Part shown: in pieces, positions 39,987 through 52,802 of the stretch
Layout: the number at the start of each line of letters is the position of its first letter
Position numbering within the stretch: the first letter of the stretch is position 1
Assembly (NCBI RefSeq): GCF_006345805.1
Contig: NC_043004.1
Span: 81,158,001 to 81,222,000 of the forward strand
Length of the DNA: 64,000 bases
Source: Octopus sinensis
Taxonomy: Eukaryota
Reading direction: 5' to 3'
The notes under the pieces: generated by a model
Seen by the model: the letters and a program-made list of their open reading frames with translations, nothing else
Databases searched by the model: none
Told to the model about the DNA's origin: nothing
Program-made: the position numbers and the translations under genes

Positions 39987-40424
39987 ACTAACGACGAGTC
40001 CAAACTAACCACTATTCAAGAATTCACTGAAGGAAGACCAACTTCAACGACGTCCAAGAATTTGGACCTGAAGATCTCCATTTCCAGCGACTTCGAGGGC
40101 CACCTCCCCACAAACAATGGTGTCGGGCGTCAACCAAGAGCCCTCGACTACAACAAGACGACCAAAGTTTTTTCCTTTTTTTTTTTCCAAGGTCTAGGGT
40201 CTCCCGCCCCTAAGCCCTAGACCATCACCTAATCACCCTTACTCGTTTTGTTGCTTAACAACAACAACAACAACAACCTGCTGCAACAAATTCAATCATA
40301 GACCAACTTCCAGCCATAAAGCGATAACAAAACTGATAGAAAATGAATCAAGGCAGTGCTCCAGCATGGCTGGACTCCTACGACTAAAACCATTAAATGG
40401 ATAAAAGGGTAAAAGAAAAGAATA

Positions 40425-40808
40425 TCTCTCTCTATATAAACGGCAGTTTGTCTGTGCGTGTTTCTGTGTGTCTGTTTGCTTGTACCCTCACCCTGACCAC
40501 GGCTTTCAACCGATTCTGATGAAACTTGACACACACATAGCCCAATGTCATAATTCAAAACTAACGCAGCGAAAATTTTGAAAAGTTCCCCCAGTTCTGA
40601 AAAAAATCGATAAATTCGACATGGGGTCGAGAATCAGAAACACAAACCACAAACTGTCTAGGGGACGCAACTCCACCTTTTTTAACTCTCAAAAAAATTT
40701 ACCATCATTTTTTTCCATTTTTTTTGCTATTTTTTGGCTATAACTCTCTAAAAATGCTTTATAGTTATTTCCCTTACAAACCTGAGCAACGCCGGGCGAT
40801 ACTGCTAG
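40425..40808 (+). mobile_element. Non-autonomous Helitron
   Basis: A|TC 5' end, a subterminal hairpin CCTG-AGCAACGC-CGGG (40781-40796) 8 nt before CTAG|T, and insertion between A and T. Confidence 0.82.
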
Positions 40809-41435
40809 TATATATATATATATATATTCGTTATGCATCTGTTTTCATTAGATTTCAATGTGTTTCTACTCAATTTCCTTTTTCAATACTTTTTTCTCGG
40901 ATTCATTTTTTTAAAAAAAAGTGTGTTTTAAATTTATTTTATTTTTATTTTCTACTTACAAATAAACGATGTTTAAATAATTCCCTTTAAGATCTGTTTG
41001 AATTATGTTTGTAGTATTGACAAACTTGTCTCATTTAAGTTGACTTTTTTTAGATCTCTTTCAATGTTCACTTGGGTACTACGGAGTACGGCCTCTCATT
41101 CACTCACTCCCTCTCTCTCTCTCTACCTCTCTTCTGTTTATTTAAAACAAATGTGTGTGCGCACGTATGTGTGTGTATGTGTGTCTCTGGCTTTTCGTTT
41201 AATGCTGTTGAATAAACACTTCAAAGGCCAGTTAAGTTCATTGTCAACATGTAAAATACTGCCGAGCGATCAATAAGTCAGTCGCATCAATCATACACAC
41301 GTACTCACTTACACACACACACACACACACACATACACACACACACATACACACACACGCATCACTATTAACCTATGTATCTATCTATATATGTATCTGT
41401 ATGTGTGTGCCTGCGCGTATTTACCTCTCTATCAT

Positions 41436-41468
<33 letters not shown>

Positions 41469-41648
41469 TACTCTCTCTAATCTATTTTGTGTAGGTCGAA
41501 GTCCCTTTCGTTAATGGAAATATGGTAGGACAATTGTCATATCTGACGATGCTTGCTGAGTCAGAAACGCGTGTCCAGAACATTCCTTTTATCTCTAGTC
41601 AATAAGCTACACTTTTCCTTAATGACAGGTCAGCTTTGGAGAAAATTC

Positions 41649-42275
41649 GGATCTTTTCGGTTTGAACGGCAGTTTTTTCTAGCGGTGTCATATGAAATTG
41701 TCACCCATAATTATGACCCTAGTATCGATCTATTGCATTTCAATTTATTTTAGGGTTAGGGTTAGGGTTAGGGGTGGGGGGAAGGGTATATTTTTGCTTC
41801 AGAAATGTAAATAAACCCAATCTGTTACGTAAACGAGAGACATATTCATACGACACAGAATTATTTTTTACCTCAATAGACGTCAGTGATTGGCTGAAAT
41901 TGCAGAAATTGAAGAAAAAAAACCAACAAATATCTTATAAACTATAGAATTTTCTCAATAAAGCCAAGAGAAAAAGATGTTTTATAAACACATTCTACCA
42001 GTATACGAAGTTAAAAACTTGCTGTTCAAACCGAAAAGATCCCTCCAAGGTTGTTGACCCGGATCTCTTGACTGGAGGACATCCAGCCTCGTTTTGGAGA
42101 CATCTTTAACAACATCATTTTTGTCTCTCAGACTATTAGATAGGACACTGAAGTGTTATGGACAATTGAAATCCAAGTCGTGACAGTATCCAGTGCTGTA
42201 TCATGATGGATATATCATATATCATATATATATATATATATATGTTAAAAACTGCTGTTCAAACCGAAAAGATCC
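41649..42275. mobile_element. MITE-like element with about 29-bp TIRs, internal (TTAGGG)4 and two alternative right TIRs
   Basis: Left TIR GGATCTTTTCGGTTTGAACGGCAGTTTTT (41649-41677); inverted copies at 42013-42042 and 42247-42275; TTAGGG x4 at 41750-41773. Confidence 0.72.
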
Positions 42276-42642
42276 GAAAATTCTTCAATCTCAAGACTGT
42301 TTCCTCTTCTCACATGGGTCTCGTCATAATTTTCATCTGGTAACTATGAAACATCCTCCAGAAGCGGTGTTAATTATTGTTAAAATTAAAAGAAATTGAG
42401 TCAAGACTATATGTGGTAGCTTGATCCGATGAAAGTGGCAGTGTGGCAGTCAGATCTCCACCCCATCTCCCCCTCTCTGTCTCTCCCTCTTTCTCCCCCT
42501 CTCTCTCTCTCTGCATGCATATATGGGTATAGGACACCATATATATATATATGTATATATATTCTTTTATTCTTCTGTTTCAGCCTTGGGGCTGCGGCCA
42601 TGCTGGGACACCATATACTATAATATATTATATATTATATTT

Positions 42643-42825
42643 ATAAGCGCAGGAGTGACTGCGTGGTAAGAACCTTGCTTCCCAACTACATGGTTCCGAG
42701 TTCAGTCCCACTGCATGGCACCTTGGGTTAGTGTCTTCAGCTAAAGCCTTGTGAGTGGATTTGATAGACGGAAACTGAAAGAAATCCGTCGTATATATAT
42801 ATATGTCTATGTGTGTGAGAGAGTA

Positions 42826-42863
<38 letters not shown>

Positions 42864-43053
42864 TTTGTTCCCCCATCAGCACTTGAGTACTGGTGTTGGT
42901 GTGTTTACGTCCCCGTAGTCTAGCGGTTCGGCAAGAGAGACCAATAGAATAAGTACCAAGCTTACAAAATAAGAACTGGGGGTCGATTCATTCGACTTTA
43001 AATTCAAAGTGGTGCTCCAGCATGGCCGCAGTCTAATGAGTGAAACCAGTAAA

Positions 43054-43056
<3 letters not shown>
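42643..43056 (+). mobile_element. SINE-A, diverged
   Basis: Head, internal microsatellite and 3' half are present. Confidence 0.85.
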
Positions 43057-43096
<40 letters not shown>

Positions 43097-43189
43097 GATA
43101 TATATATATATATGGCGGTGTACGTACACTTTGCTCTCTGATATATATATGTATATATATATATTCTTTTTTTATTTCAAAATGTAACC

Positions 43190-43400
43190 ACATGTGAATC
43201 GTTGGCGATTTTTTCCCCTCCGACCTCCTTTTCTCTTGGACTTTCCTCCGTCTCCTGTTTCTGAAAAAGAGCTTTGCTCGAAACATAAAACCACCTTTCT
43301 TGCCTTCTCTGAGCGTCTGCTAATACTTTACATGTGCCACGTCTTCGCGTTGTTGTTTTTTTTCTTGTGTTTGGTCTTCGTTTTTGTTTTAGGGGAATTT
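43190..43400 (+). mobile_element. Penelope-like terminal-repeat remnant with degenerate hammerhead (43257-43291)
   Basis: GTTT-CTGAAAA-A-GAGC-TTT-GCTC-GAA-ACAT-A-AAAC. Same family as 61240-61420. Confidence 0.62.
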
Positions 43401-43429
43401 ACTATATGTATATGTGTGTATATATATAT

Positions 43430-43516
<87 letters not shown>

Positions 43517-43521
43517 TATAG

Positions 43522-43554
<33 letters not shown>

Positions 43555-44983
43555 AAGAGAGATAGGGAGAGAGAGAGAGATAGAAGGGGAGAGAGAGAGG
43601 GAGAGAGAGAAAGAGAGATAGAAGGGGAGAGAGAGAGGGAGAGAGAGAGAATCAGACAGACAGAGGGGGAAGGGAATCGATTTTGCTCTTTACCTATTAT
43701 CTGGGACAAAATAAGGGATGCTTCTAAGAAAAAACAAACGATTGTTCTCTTGTCGAAAATACATGACTTTATTCTTATTCTTATGTTTGAAAGCAACAAT
43801 TAATTCTTTACTGGAAATCATGATAAATTTTCTTGCTTTATTTTATATATTTATCTCAAAATACGCGAAGTGAAATAAATTATTTCACCATCTGTAATTC
43901 AGAACAATTTTAACGTTTCGGACAAAACCCTTCTCGTAAAATTTACACTGATAAAATTTCTATTCAAAACTTAAAGATGTTTCTTCCTGTTCTTCAGGGC
44001 AAATCATTTTATGCCCCATTTTGAGAACTTTTCACACTTAATATTCTCTGACTCAGACAGTCGCTGTTTTTCCTAAGACTGCCCCGTTCAGCTATTATAT
44101 ATTTTAAATATTGATTACATCAAAACGATATTATTTTTCCTTCGAACGAACAAACTTCATTCTTTTATCCAACTGGAAAATGGGATTCTACGTTAAGTTT
44201 TGTGTCTATCTGAGAAGAATTAACGAAAGGAAATTTCAATTAACCTGGATTTAAATCTGGATCACTAGTTCCTCTCACTCATCACAGTTGGGGACATAAC
44301 CACACAGAATATTTCCTAAATATATTATTTTCTTTAAACAAAAAAACCCCTGGGATCTCATTTCGATCAGAGAAATAGGTTTGCATGCAAAACATGCAAA
44401 ACATTTTTTTTTTATTGTCTCTCTTGGAAGTTATTAACGAAAAGATTTTTCGATTAACCTGGAATTGGAGCCGGTTCACCAATTCTTCTCACTCTTCGCA
44501 GTTGGGGTACATACATGACCGCACAGTTTACATTCTAAATTTGTTGTATTCTAAGAAAAAAAATAAGGTTTTTATTTCGATTGGAGAAAAGGGTGACTGT
44601 TTTATATTTTTAGTTAGTCGTAGATATATTACCCGAGCGAGAATCGAAACCAGTTTATCAATTCTCACTTGTCACATAACTGTTGAGATTACATAAACGC
44701 ACGAATTGCATAACTGCACAAATTACATAACCGCATAGATTACATGACCAGAAAGGCGCAGGCGTGGCGGTATGGTAAGAAATTTGCTTCCCAACAACAT
44801 GGTTCCGGGTTCAACCCACTGCGTGGCACCTCTGACAAGTGTCTACTACTATAAAATAGTAGACTCAAGCTTTGTGGGTAGATTTGGTAGAGAGAAACTG
44901 AAAGAAGCTCGGCGTAATATATATATATATATAATATATACACATACATACACATACATATACATATATACACACACACACAC

Positions 44984-45077
<94 letters not shown>

Positions 45078-45190
45078 TTATATATATATATATACATATA
45101 TATACATATATATATACAAACTGTCTGATGAACGGCAACGAGAAACTCAGAGTAACAGATTTTGTTGATTTTCTGCTGCTTTAAATAAAG

Positions 45191-45239
<49 letters not shown>

Positions 45240-46317
45240 ATATATATATGGGAAGGTACGTGAGCACGTTGTTTTGTATATGTTCGTCTCTCTCTGAACT
45301 GTTTGACCTCCATTGTTGGTTTGTGTATATCCCCGTGACTTAAAACGAGAAAAGTGCTGGGTTGATCCGTTCCACTGAAAATCTTTCAAGGCAATGCCCC
45401 AGCACGGCCGCAGTCCAGTAACCGAAACAAGTGAAAGACGAAAGAGGAAAGCAAACAGATTACTTTCAAATTTTATAATTTTCTGGAAAAATCGAGGAAA
45501 ATTCAATTTGTTGAAGAAATAAGATCGTATATTCCTATCTTGTTTCAGAAATTGGACTGCGATAATACTGGGGTACCGCCTTGGTGGGTCTAATTGAACA
45601 AATCGACCACGGTACTCTTTTTCTGAAATTTGGTACTTGTTCTATCGATGCCATTTGCCGAACTGCTAGGTTACAAACATCTAACAAACCAACAATGGTT
45701 GTTAAGCACACATAGACACAGACACAGACACACACACACACGCACATATTACATATATATATATATACACACACACAAACACGCACATATATACACATAT
45801 ATTTATATACACATACACACACACACACACATATATATATACACACATATATCTGCACACACACACATATATACACACACATACACATACAAACTGAAAG
45901 AAGCCCGTCATTAGTGTGTGTGTGTCCACCATCGCTTGACAACCGATGTTGGTGTGTTTACGTCCCCGTAACTTAGCGGTTCGGCAAAAGTAACCGAAAT
46001 CAACCCTTTATTTGACGAATGGGGTACTCTCTTCTCATTCCGAAGGTATTTTTTGCTGATGTTATTATTTTTATTTATTCAAGACACTGCCTGGGATTGA
46101 ACTCGGAATTGAAATGGAATTAAGATCGCTATATGCCCACGAGCGTATGTCGTAGTGTTTAAGAGCACAGGGTTCTAACCTTAAGATTCCGAGTTCAATT
46201 CTAGACAGTGACTTGAATAAATATTAATAATAATAATAATAACAACAACAACAGCAACAACAATAGTAATAATAATAATAATAATATAATAATAATAATA
46301 ATAATAATAACAACAAC

Positions 46318-46373
<56 letters not shown>

Positions 46374-46531
46374 GATTGTCTTAACTGGTACATCACACGT
46401 ATTGAGAAGAGCATTGTCGATGTGAGAACTGTTGCTGCTCATTTATTTTAATTTAACTTAAAAAAATTTTTTTTTTTTAAATGAACGAACTATTGAGTTT
46501 GGTTTAATGGCCTACCAATGTATACTATGAG

Positions 46532-46601
46532 TTTCTTTGCCCTAGGAGTCGGGAAAACACTCGGCAAGAAATGGAAGCAAATTTGAAAGAAGCAAAAAAA
46601 A

Positions 46602-46602
<1 letters not shown>
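46532..46602 (+). mobile_element. Short retroelement-like 3' end with (TAA)n tail (second copy at 54336-54396, minus strand)
   Basis: TAGGAGTCGGGAARACACTCGGCAAGAAATGGAAGCAAATTTGAAAGAAG-An-G-(TAA)n occurs at both loci. Confidence 0.65.
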
Positions 46603-46653
<51 letters not shown>

Positions 46654-46666
46654 CAACAATAGCAAT

Positions 46667-46730
<64 letters not shown>

Positions 46731-46734
46731 TCAG

Positions 46735-46870
46735 AAAAAATAACTGAAGAATGAGAACAGAGTACCCCATTAGTCAAATAAAGGGTTGGGTTCGAAATTC
46801 CACAAGGACACCTGATGAAGGCATGAGAGTACAACAGCCGAAACGTTCTGCTAACAACAAGCAAGGTGAG
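46735..46870 (+). mobile_element. Penelope-like terminal-repeat remnant with hammerhead core (46807-46852)
   Basis: GACAC-CTGATGA-A-GGC..GCC-GAA-ACGT-T. It is related to the 62205-62625 pair. Confidence 0.6.
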
Positions 46871-46976
46871 GACATCTATCCGTTCATTCAAAATAATGTA
46901 CTTGCACGTTAATTTCACGGGCCGTCTGTTCTGTTCAGCGTCTCAACTGACAGAGTACCAGTTCTTGTCTGTCTGC

Positions 46977-47384
46977 TCTTACTCTTTACTCTTTTACTTG
47001 TTTCAGTCTTGTGACTGTGGTCATGCTGGAGCACCGCCTTTAGTCGAGCAAATCAACTCCAGGACTTATTCTTTGGGAGACTAGTACTTATTCTATCGGT
47101 CTCTTTTGCCGAACTGCTAAGCTGCGGGGACGTAAACACACCAGCATCGGTTGTCAAGCGATGTTGGAGGGACAAACACAAACACACAAACACGTACACA
47201 CACATAGATACATATATACGACAGGCTTCTTTCCGTTTCCGTCTACCAAATCCACTCACAACTCTTTGGTCGGCCCGAAGCTATAGTAGAAGACACTTGC
47301 CCAAGATGCCACGCAGTAGGACTGAACCCTGAACCATGTGGTTGGTAAGCAAGCTACTTACCACACAGCCACTCTTACGCCTAT
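46977..47384 (-). mobile_element. SINE-A, full length
   Basis: Consensus-like in both halves. Confidence 0.9.
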
Positions 47385-47759
47385 GTCTTAGAAACTTTAG
47401 CAAATTAAAATTACATGCAAAGTAGAATCGAAACGAGTTTCCAAGTTATCCCACCTTGTCCTTTTTGCTCACCTTTCTCACACCTGAGAACATAGCAGTT
47501 TATAATCCAAACTTCATTCTCCGCTCCAAACGTCATTCGCCTTTTTTTTTTTATTATTTATTTTATTGCAGAATCTAAAGCGAATGAAAACAAGCCTGAG
47601 CATTAAGTAAACAGGGTTACATGGCTTAAGTATCGTCACACCCGTTGGATATGTCCATCATGTGGGTATGTATGTACCCCTACTGACAGGACATGGAATG
47701 GGTAGCGAGGGAAGGGAGAAAGGAAGGTGCTGCAGTATCAGCAGGTGCTTGTTCTGGAG

Positions 47760-48500
47760 GTGATGGTGGTGGTGGTGGTGGTGGTGGTAGAGTAGAGGAA
47801 GGACGTGTTATTCTTGTTGTCGTTGTTGCTGTGGATGATGGCGGTGGCGGTGGTGGTGGTGATGGTGGTGGTAGTGGTGGTGATGGTGGTGGTAGTGGTG
47901 GTGATGGTGGTGGTGGTGGTGGTGGTGATGGTGGTGGTAGTGGTGGTGATGGTGGTCGTCGTCGTCATCATTGTCGTTGTCGTAATGGTAGTGATGGTGT
48001 GGTGGTGGTGGTGGTGGTGGTGGTGGTGGTGAGAGTGGTGACAGCTTTGTTAATGAAGGTGGTAGTAGCGGCGATGATGGTGGTGACGATGTTGGTAATG
48101 GTGGTGTTGGGGAAAGTGGCGATGATAGTAGAGGTGGCGATGTTGGCGGTAACGGTAATGGTGAAGATGGTGATGCTGATGATGGTAGTGGCGGCGGTGG
48201 TGGTGGTGGTGGTGGTGGTGGTGGTGGTAGTGGCGGTAGTGGCGGCAGTGGTGGTGGTGGTGGTGGTGGTGGTGTTGTTGTTGTGGTGGTGGTGGTGTGG
48301 TGGTGGTGGTGGCTTCGGTGGTGTTGGTGGTGGTGGTGGTGGTGGTGGTGGTGGTGGTGGTGGTGGTGGTGGGTGGTGGTGGTGGTGGTGGTGGTGGTGT
48401 TGTTGTTGGTGGTAGTGGTGGTGGTGGTGGGTGGTGGTGGTGTGTGGTGGTGGTGGTGGTGGTGGTGATGACGATGATGGTGGTGAGACGGTGGTAGTTG
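47760..48500. repeat. (GGT)n-dominated low-complexity tract
   Basis: Seen directly. It yields poly-G/V/W/P/T/H ORFs in several frames. Confidence 0.95.
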
Positions 48501-50166
48501 ACACTGCATGTCATACAGATTGCTTTTGACATAGTGATCTAGTCAGAAACCAGGTGTAGGCAGACACACACACTCTCTCACACACACACACACACACTCA
48601 CACACACACACACTCACACACACACACACACATCACAGCACATATATACATACGATCACAGACACACGCATTCATATATCCATACACATGCGATTACGCA
48701 AACACATCCACTCACACATATACGTGTACATAAAAGAATAATATACATACATACGCACACACATACACACACACATACACACACACATGTATAATGCAAA
48801 TGCACATACTGAGTGAAAAGGCAGACAGAAAGAGAAGTTGTTGTTGGTGGTGGTGTGGTGGTGGTGGTGGTGGTGGTGGTGGTGGTGGTAGTGGTTGTGG
48901 TGGTGGTATTGTTGTTTTTCTGTGGTTGGGTTGTTGTTGTTGGTGGTGGTGGTAGTGGTGGTGGTGGTGGTGGTCGTCGTCGTCGTCGTCGTTGTCGTGA
49001 TGGTTGTGGTAGAATGGTAGTGTTACGTAAAGAAGAATTTACGGGAATTGTGAAAACGGAAAGGAGAAAAGAGTGACTAAGAAAAAGGGAAGAGGGGGAG
49101 CAGAAAGAGAAAAAGGGATTGGTGCATATTAAATATTATTTGTTGGTTACATGGATCAGTACTTGATAAAGACGTTTCGGACTAAGGCCTATCATCAGAA
49201 TATTAATGTAAAGAGAAAGAGAAAAAAGAAAGACGAGAAAAAGCGGAGCATAGAAATCCGAATGACGAAGTGAATATTTGTTGGTGAGAGTACTCGGATG
49301 AATATAAGGAACGAGAGAGAGGGAAGAAGAAGAGAGAGAGAGAGAGAGAGGAAGAAAGAAAGACGTAGCTAGACAGTGTGAGTGGGTGGGGGTTAGATGA
49401 TAGCGTTAGGTGAAATGGAGGTGGAGAGGATAAGGGTGAATCGGTAGATTAAGATAACAATCACTTGAACGAAAATACCTCCCTGTACACCTGTATAACA
49501 TGCGGAAATTTACAATTTGGTTTTTATACAAACACACATACGCCCATACATTCCCACACATGTGAGCGGGTGGTTGTGCTTCTGTTTGCGTTATATATAA
49601 ATAGATACGGATATATATTATAAATTTAGTGGGTGTACGTAAGTGAAGCAGCGTTAAATTAAAATAGTTATCTATGCATCATATCAAGCGTATAAAGACC
49701 ATTTGACATGTGAAGGCGCGTGAATTAGTGGTTAGCGGCTTCGGATAACGACTTTAAGGTCGTCCGTTCGATTCATAACAGGGCTTTCTGTCCTTGAGGA
49801 AGACAACTATATTTCCCGATGTTCCAGTTCACTCCGCAGGCAAAAAAATGAGTGGTACCTGTAATTCAAAGGGACCAGCCTTGTCACATTCTGTGTCACG
49901 CTGAATCTCCTCTGAGAGCTATGCTAAAACTTATGTGTATCCGGAAGTGCTCAGCTACTTTCACTTCAATTTCACAAGCAAGCTGTTCGTTTGGTTGTGT
50001 CAAGTGAGACACACGTCGTCGTCGTAACCGACGCAGAACCAAGACATCGTTGGCGGACACGATGTCGTTGATTTTCGTCCTGACAGAAAATATATTCATA
50101 GGGCTGTGTTATAAACGTTAGCAACAATATATATATCGGAGAAAGGCGAGATATTCTTCCTGCAGT

Positions 50167-50548
50167 AGCGTCCCCAAAGTCCATCCCCTCCTCACCGTGG
50201 TGGGGACGCTGGCAACGGGTAGTGTCAGAGCTATGCCGTCGGGAACTTCGGTTCCTGGTAGGGCCACCCAAGGCGGATTGGTCTGACACCGAGTGGTATT
50301 AGGGCCACAACCCTGCAGACGGGGCGGGGCTCTGGTGAAAATCCTCGGAGTGTCTGTTTCGGCAACCGGCGGCTCCTCAGTCGTTCTGTCCCTGCGTCTG
50401 CGGACAATCTGCGGCAAACAGGATGTCTCCACATGCGGGATTGTTGGGAATCGCTTGTGAAATCCACATATTCCCACGAAACTTCTTCCATGAGTAGAAG
50501 AAGCCGACTCAACCCGCAAGGTTGAATATCGCCACAAGTACAAGTAAG
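50167..50548 (-). mobile_element. GC-rich 382-bp insert between 13-bp direct repeats; possibly an L1/Tx1 ORF1 fragment
   Basis: TTCTTCCTGCAGT lies at 50154-50166 and 50549-50561. A minus-strand frame is open across the insert. The identity rests only on weak motif recall (FYS-MEE, CxxC-like, TTVRR). Confidence 0.45.
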
Positions 50549-51175
50549 TTCTTCCTGCAGTGTTTCACGAAAACACCACTAGCATTTTGGGTTGGTTGGT
50601 GCTTCCTAAAGACAGCTACACGCATGTGTATGATACTTTGATGGTTTATTTTATATGTAATTCTGTTACAATTGCGTTCACCGAGGTTTTATTCCGCTCG
50701 ATGGCTTTTCGCAATTTCAGTGAATGTATTATTTGCTACTTCCTATATATCGATGAACGAATTTTCTCGAAGCATGTGAATAGCGAGTAATTGCCATTGA
50801 CGAAGCCTAGCAAGGCCGAAATTCTTCTGGCGTTCTCATCAATCACTACGAGGGCAATTTTTCGTCTAGTTCCGACATATATTGCATTTTTAACGAAGCA
50901 TGACTTTGAAAAGATTTTTTTTTTATCTTGGACGAAAATCTATTGCATCATACCTCTCAACGTTGTATATACGTAGCGTATGATACAATGATGAATATAT
51001 GAACGTGCACACATATGCATGAGATTATATTTTAACGATGCCAAAAGGATTAAAGGCAAAGTTGCCCTCGGCGATATGTGAACGCAAACTGTAAAAAGCG
51101 AAGAGAATTTCTGTTAAGCATTTTGTTCGGCGTTCAAACGACTCTGCAAAGACACTGCCTTAATTAGTAACAATA

Positions 51176-51240
<65 letters not shown>

Positions 51241-51449
51241 TAATAATAATAATAATAACAGCTACAGCAATAATAACGATGATGAGGATGATGATGATGA
51301 TGATATTGACAACGACAACGACGACGACGATAATAATATAATAAAGAACCGGGGAAAGCTCGAAAATTAAGCAAAACTAAATATATAAATAAAAAAACAA
51401 CAGCCCTTGCAACAAAAAACATATATATATATATATAATTATTGAAAAA

Positions 51450-51473
51450 AAGCCGCAATAATTATGCACCAAC

Positions 51474-51479
<6 letters not shown>
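51450..51479 (-). mobile_element. Solo mariner TIR
   Basis: The minus strand TA-TTGGGTTGGTGCATAATTATTGCGGCTTTTT resembles the Hsmar1/MADE1-type TIR TTAGGTTGGTGCAAAAGTAATTGCGGTTTT. Confidence 0.72.
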
Positions 51480-51513
<34 letters not shown>

Positions 51514-51710
51514 ATTGCAGCACGGATTTTTGTCAGTGAACAGGTCGCGGATTTTAGCGATGAAAATATTTTGACAAATTAAACTTAAATGTGAAGTGAA
51601 TCGAACGGCTTTTTGTTTGTGTTTCTTAAATGGCTTACAAACACCTTCCACGCTGCAATTGTTTTCGTTTCAGCACACGATCTCGGATCAAATTACTTGC
51701 TATGCGAGTA

Positions 51711-51886
<176 letters not shown>

Positions 51887-52428
51887 CGAAAAATTCGCAA
51901 AATGGAAGCGAAGAGCCAAGACGTGCAGCCCTTCCGCTTCACTTGAGGAGGTTAGAGTTAAATTTATGGAGAAGTGACATATGAGAATATGTCAAGATCT
52001 TCGATTTTACTCCTGAGTCATTGTCAGAAAATAATACTATACACACACACACACACACACACACACCACACACACACAACATATATATATATATATATAT
52101 ATAATATATATATATTATATATAATATATATATATATACACTAAGTAATTAAGGGTTTAGCAACGATTGCCTCACCACACACCGAATTTAGAAATAGCAG
52201 TCAATTTCACCCTATATTATTACTGATAACTATATATATATATATATATAACGAACAGATGTATATGCATATAAACATATACGCTTAAAATTGTGTGTGT
52301 AAGTGCTTATGTATGTATGTTATAATTCCTCGTACAAATCAATAACGTTGTTAAGGAAGTAGATATAACGTTGCACATCACCTTTCTTATTTACATAGTT
52401 TATTTAACCTTGTCATAATGACAGACTG

Positions 52429-52802
52429 GGGGCGCAATGGGCCAGTGGTTAGGGCAGCAGACTCGTAGTCGTAGGATCAAGGCTTCGATTCCAGTCCGGG
52501 CGTTGTGAGTGTTTATTGAGCGAAAACACCTAAGGCTCCACGCAGATCCGGCAGGGGGTGCTGCAAACCCTGCTGTACTTGTTTACCACAAATTTCTCAC
52601 TCATTCTTCATTTCTGTTGTGCCTGTATTCAAAGGGCCCGCCTTGTCACACTCTGTGTCACGCTGAATCTCCCAGAGAACTACGTTAAGGCTACACGAGT
52701 CTGCGGAGTGCTCAGACACTTACATGCTAATTTCACGAGCAAGCTGTTCCATTGATCGGATCAACTGGAACCCTCGTTATCGTAACCGACGGTGTGCTAC
52801 GT
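52429..52802 (+). mobile_element. SINE-C, full length, 14-bp TSD
   Basis: ATAATGACAGACTG lies at 52415-52428 and 52803-52816. Confidence 0.92.

Noticed and set aside
41750-41773. Telomere or chromosome-fusion scar
   Set aside because: There are only four repeats and they lie inside a TIR pair, so they are better explained as part of a transposon.
47693-48532. Long ORFs (up to 240 aa) rich in G/V/P/T/H
   Set aside because: They are open in several frames on both strands because (GGT)n lacks stops; there is no domain content.
50300-50400. Hammerhead-like CTGAGGA..CGAAAC on the minus strand of the GC-rich insert
   Set aside because: There is no credible stem II, no UH triplet and no stem I; it is probably chance.
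50166-50543. Protein-coding host exon (378 nt, AG..GT bounded)
   Set aside because: All three plus-strand frames contain stop codons.
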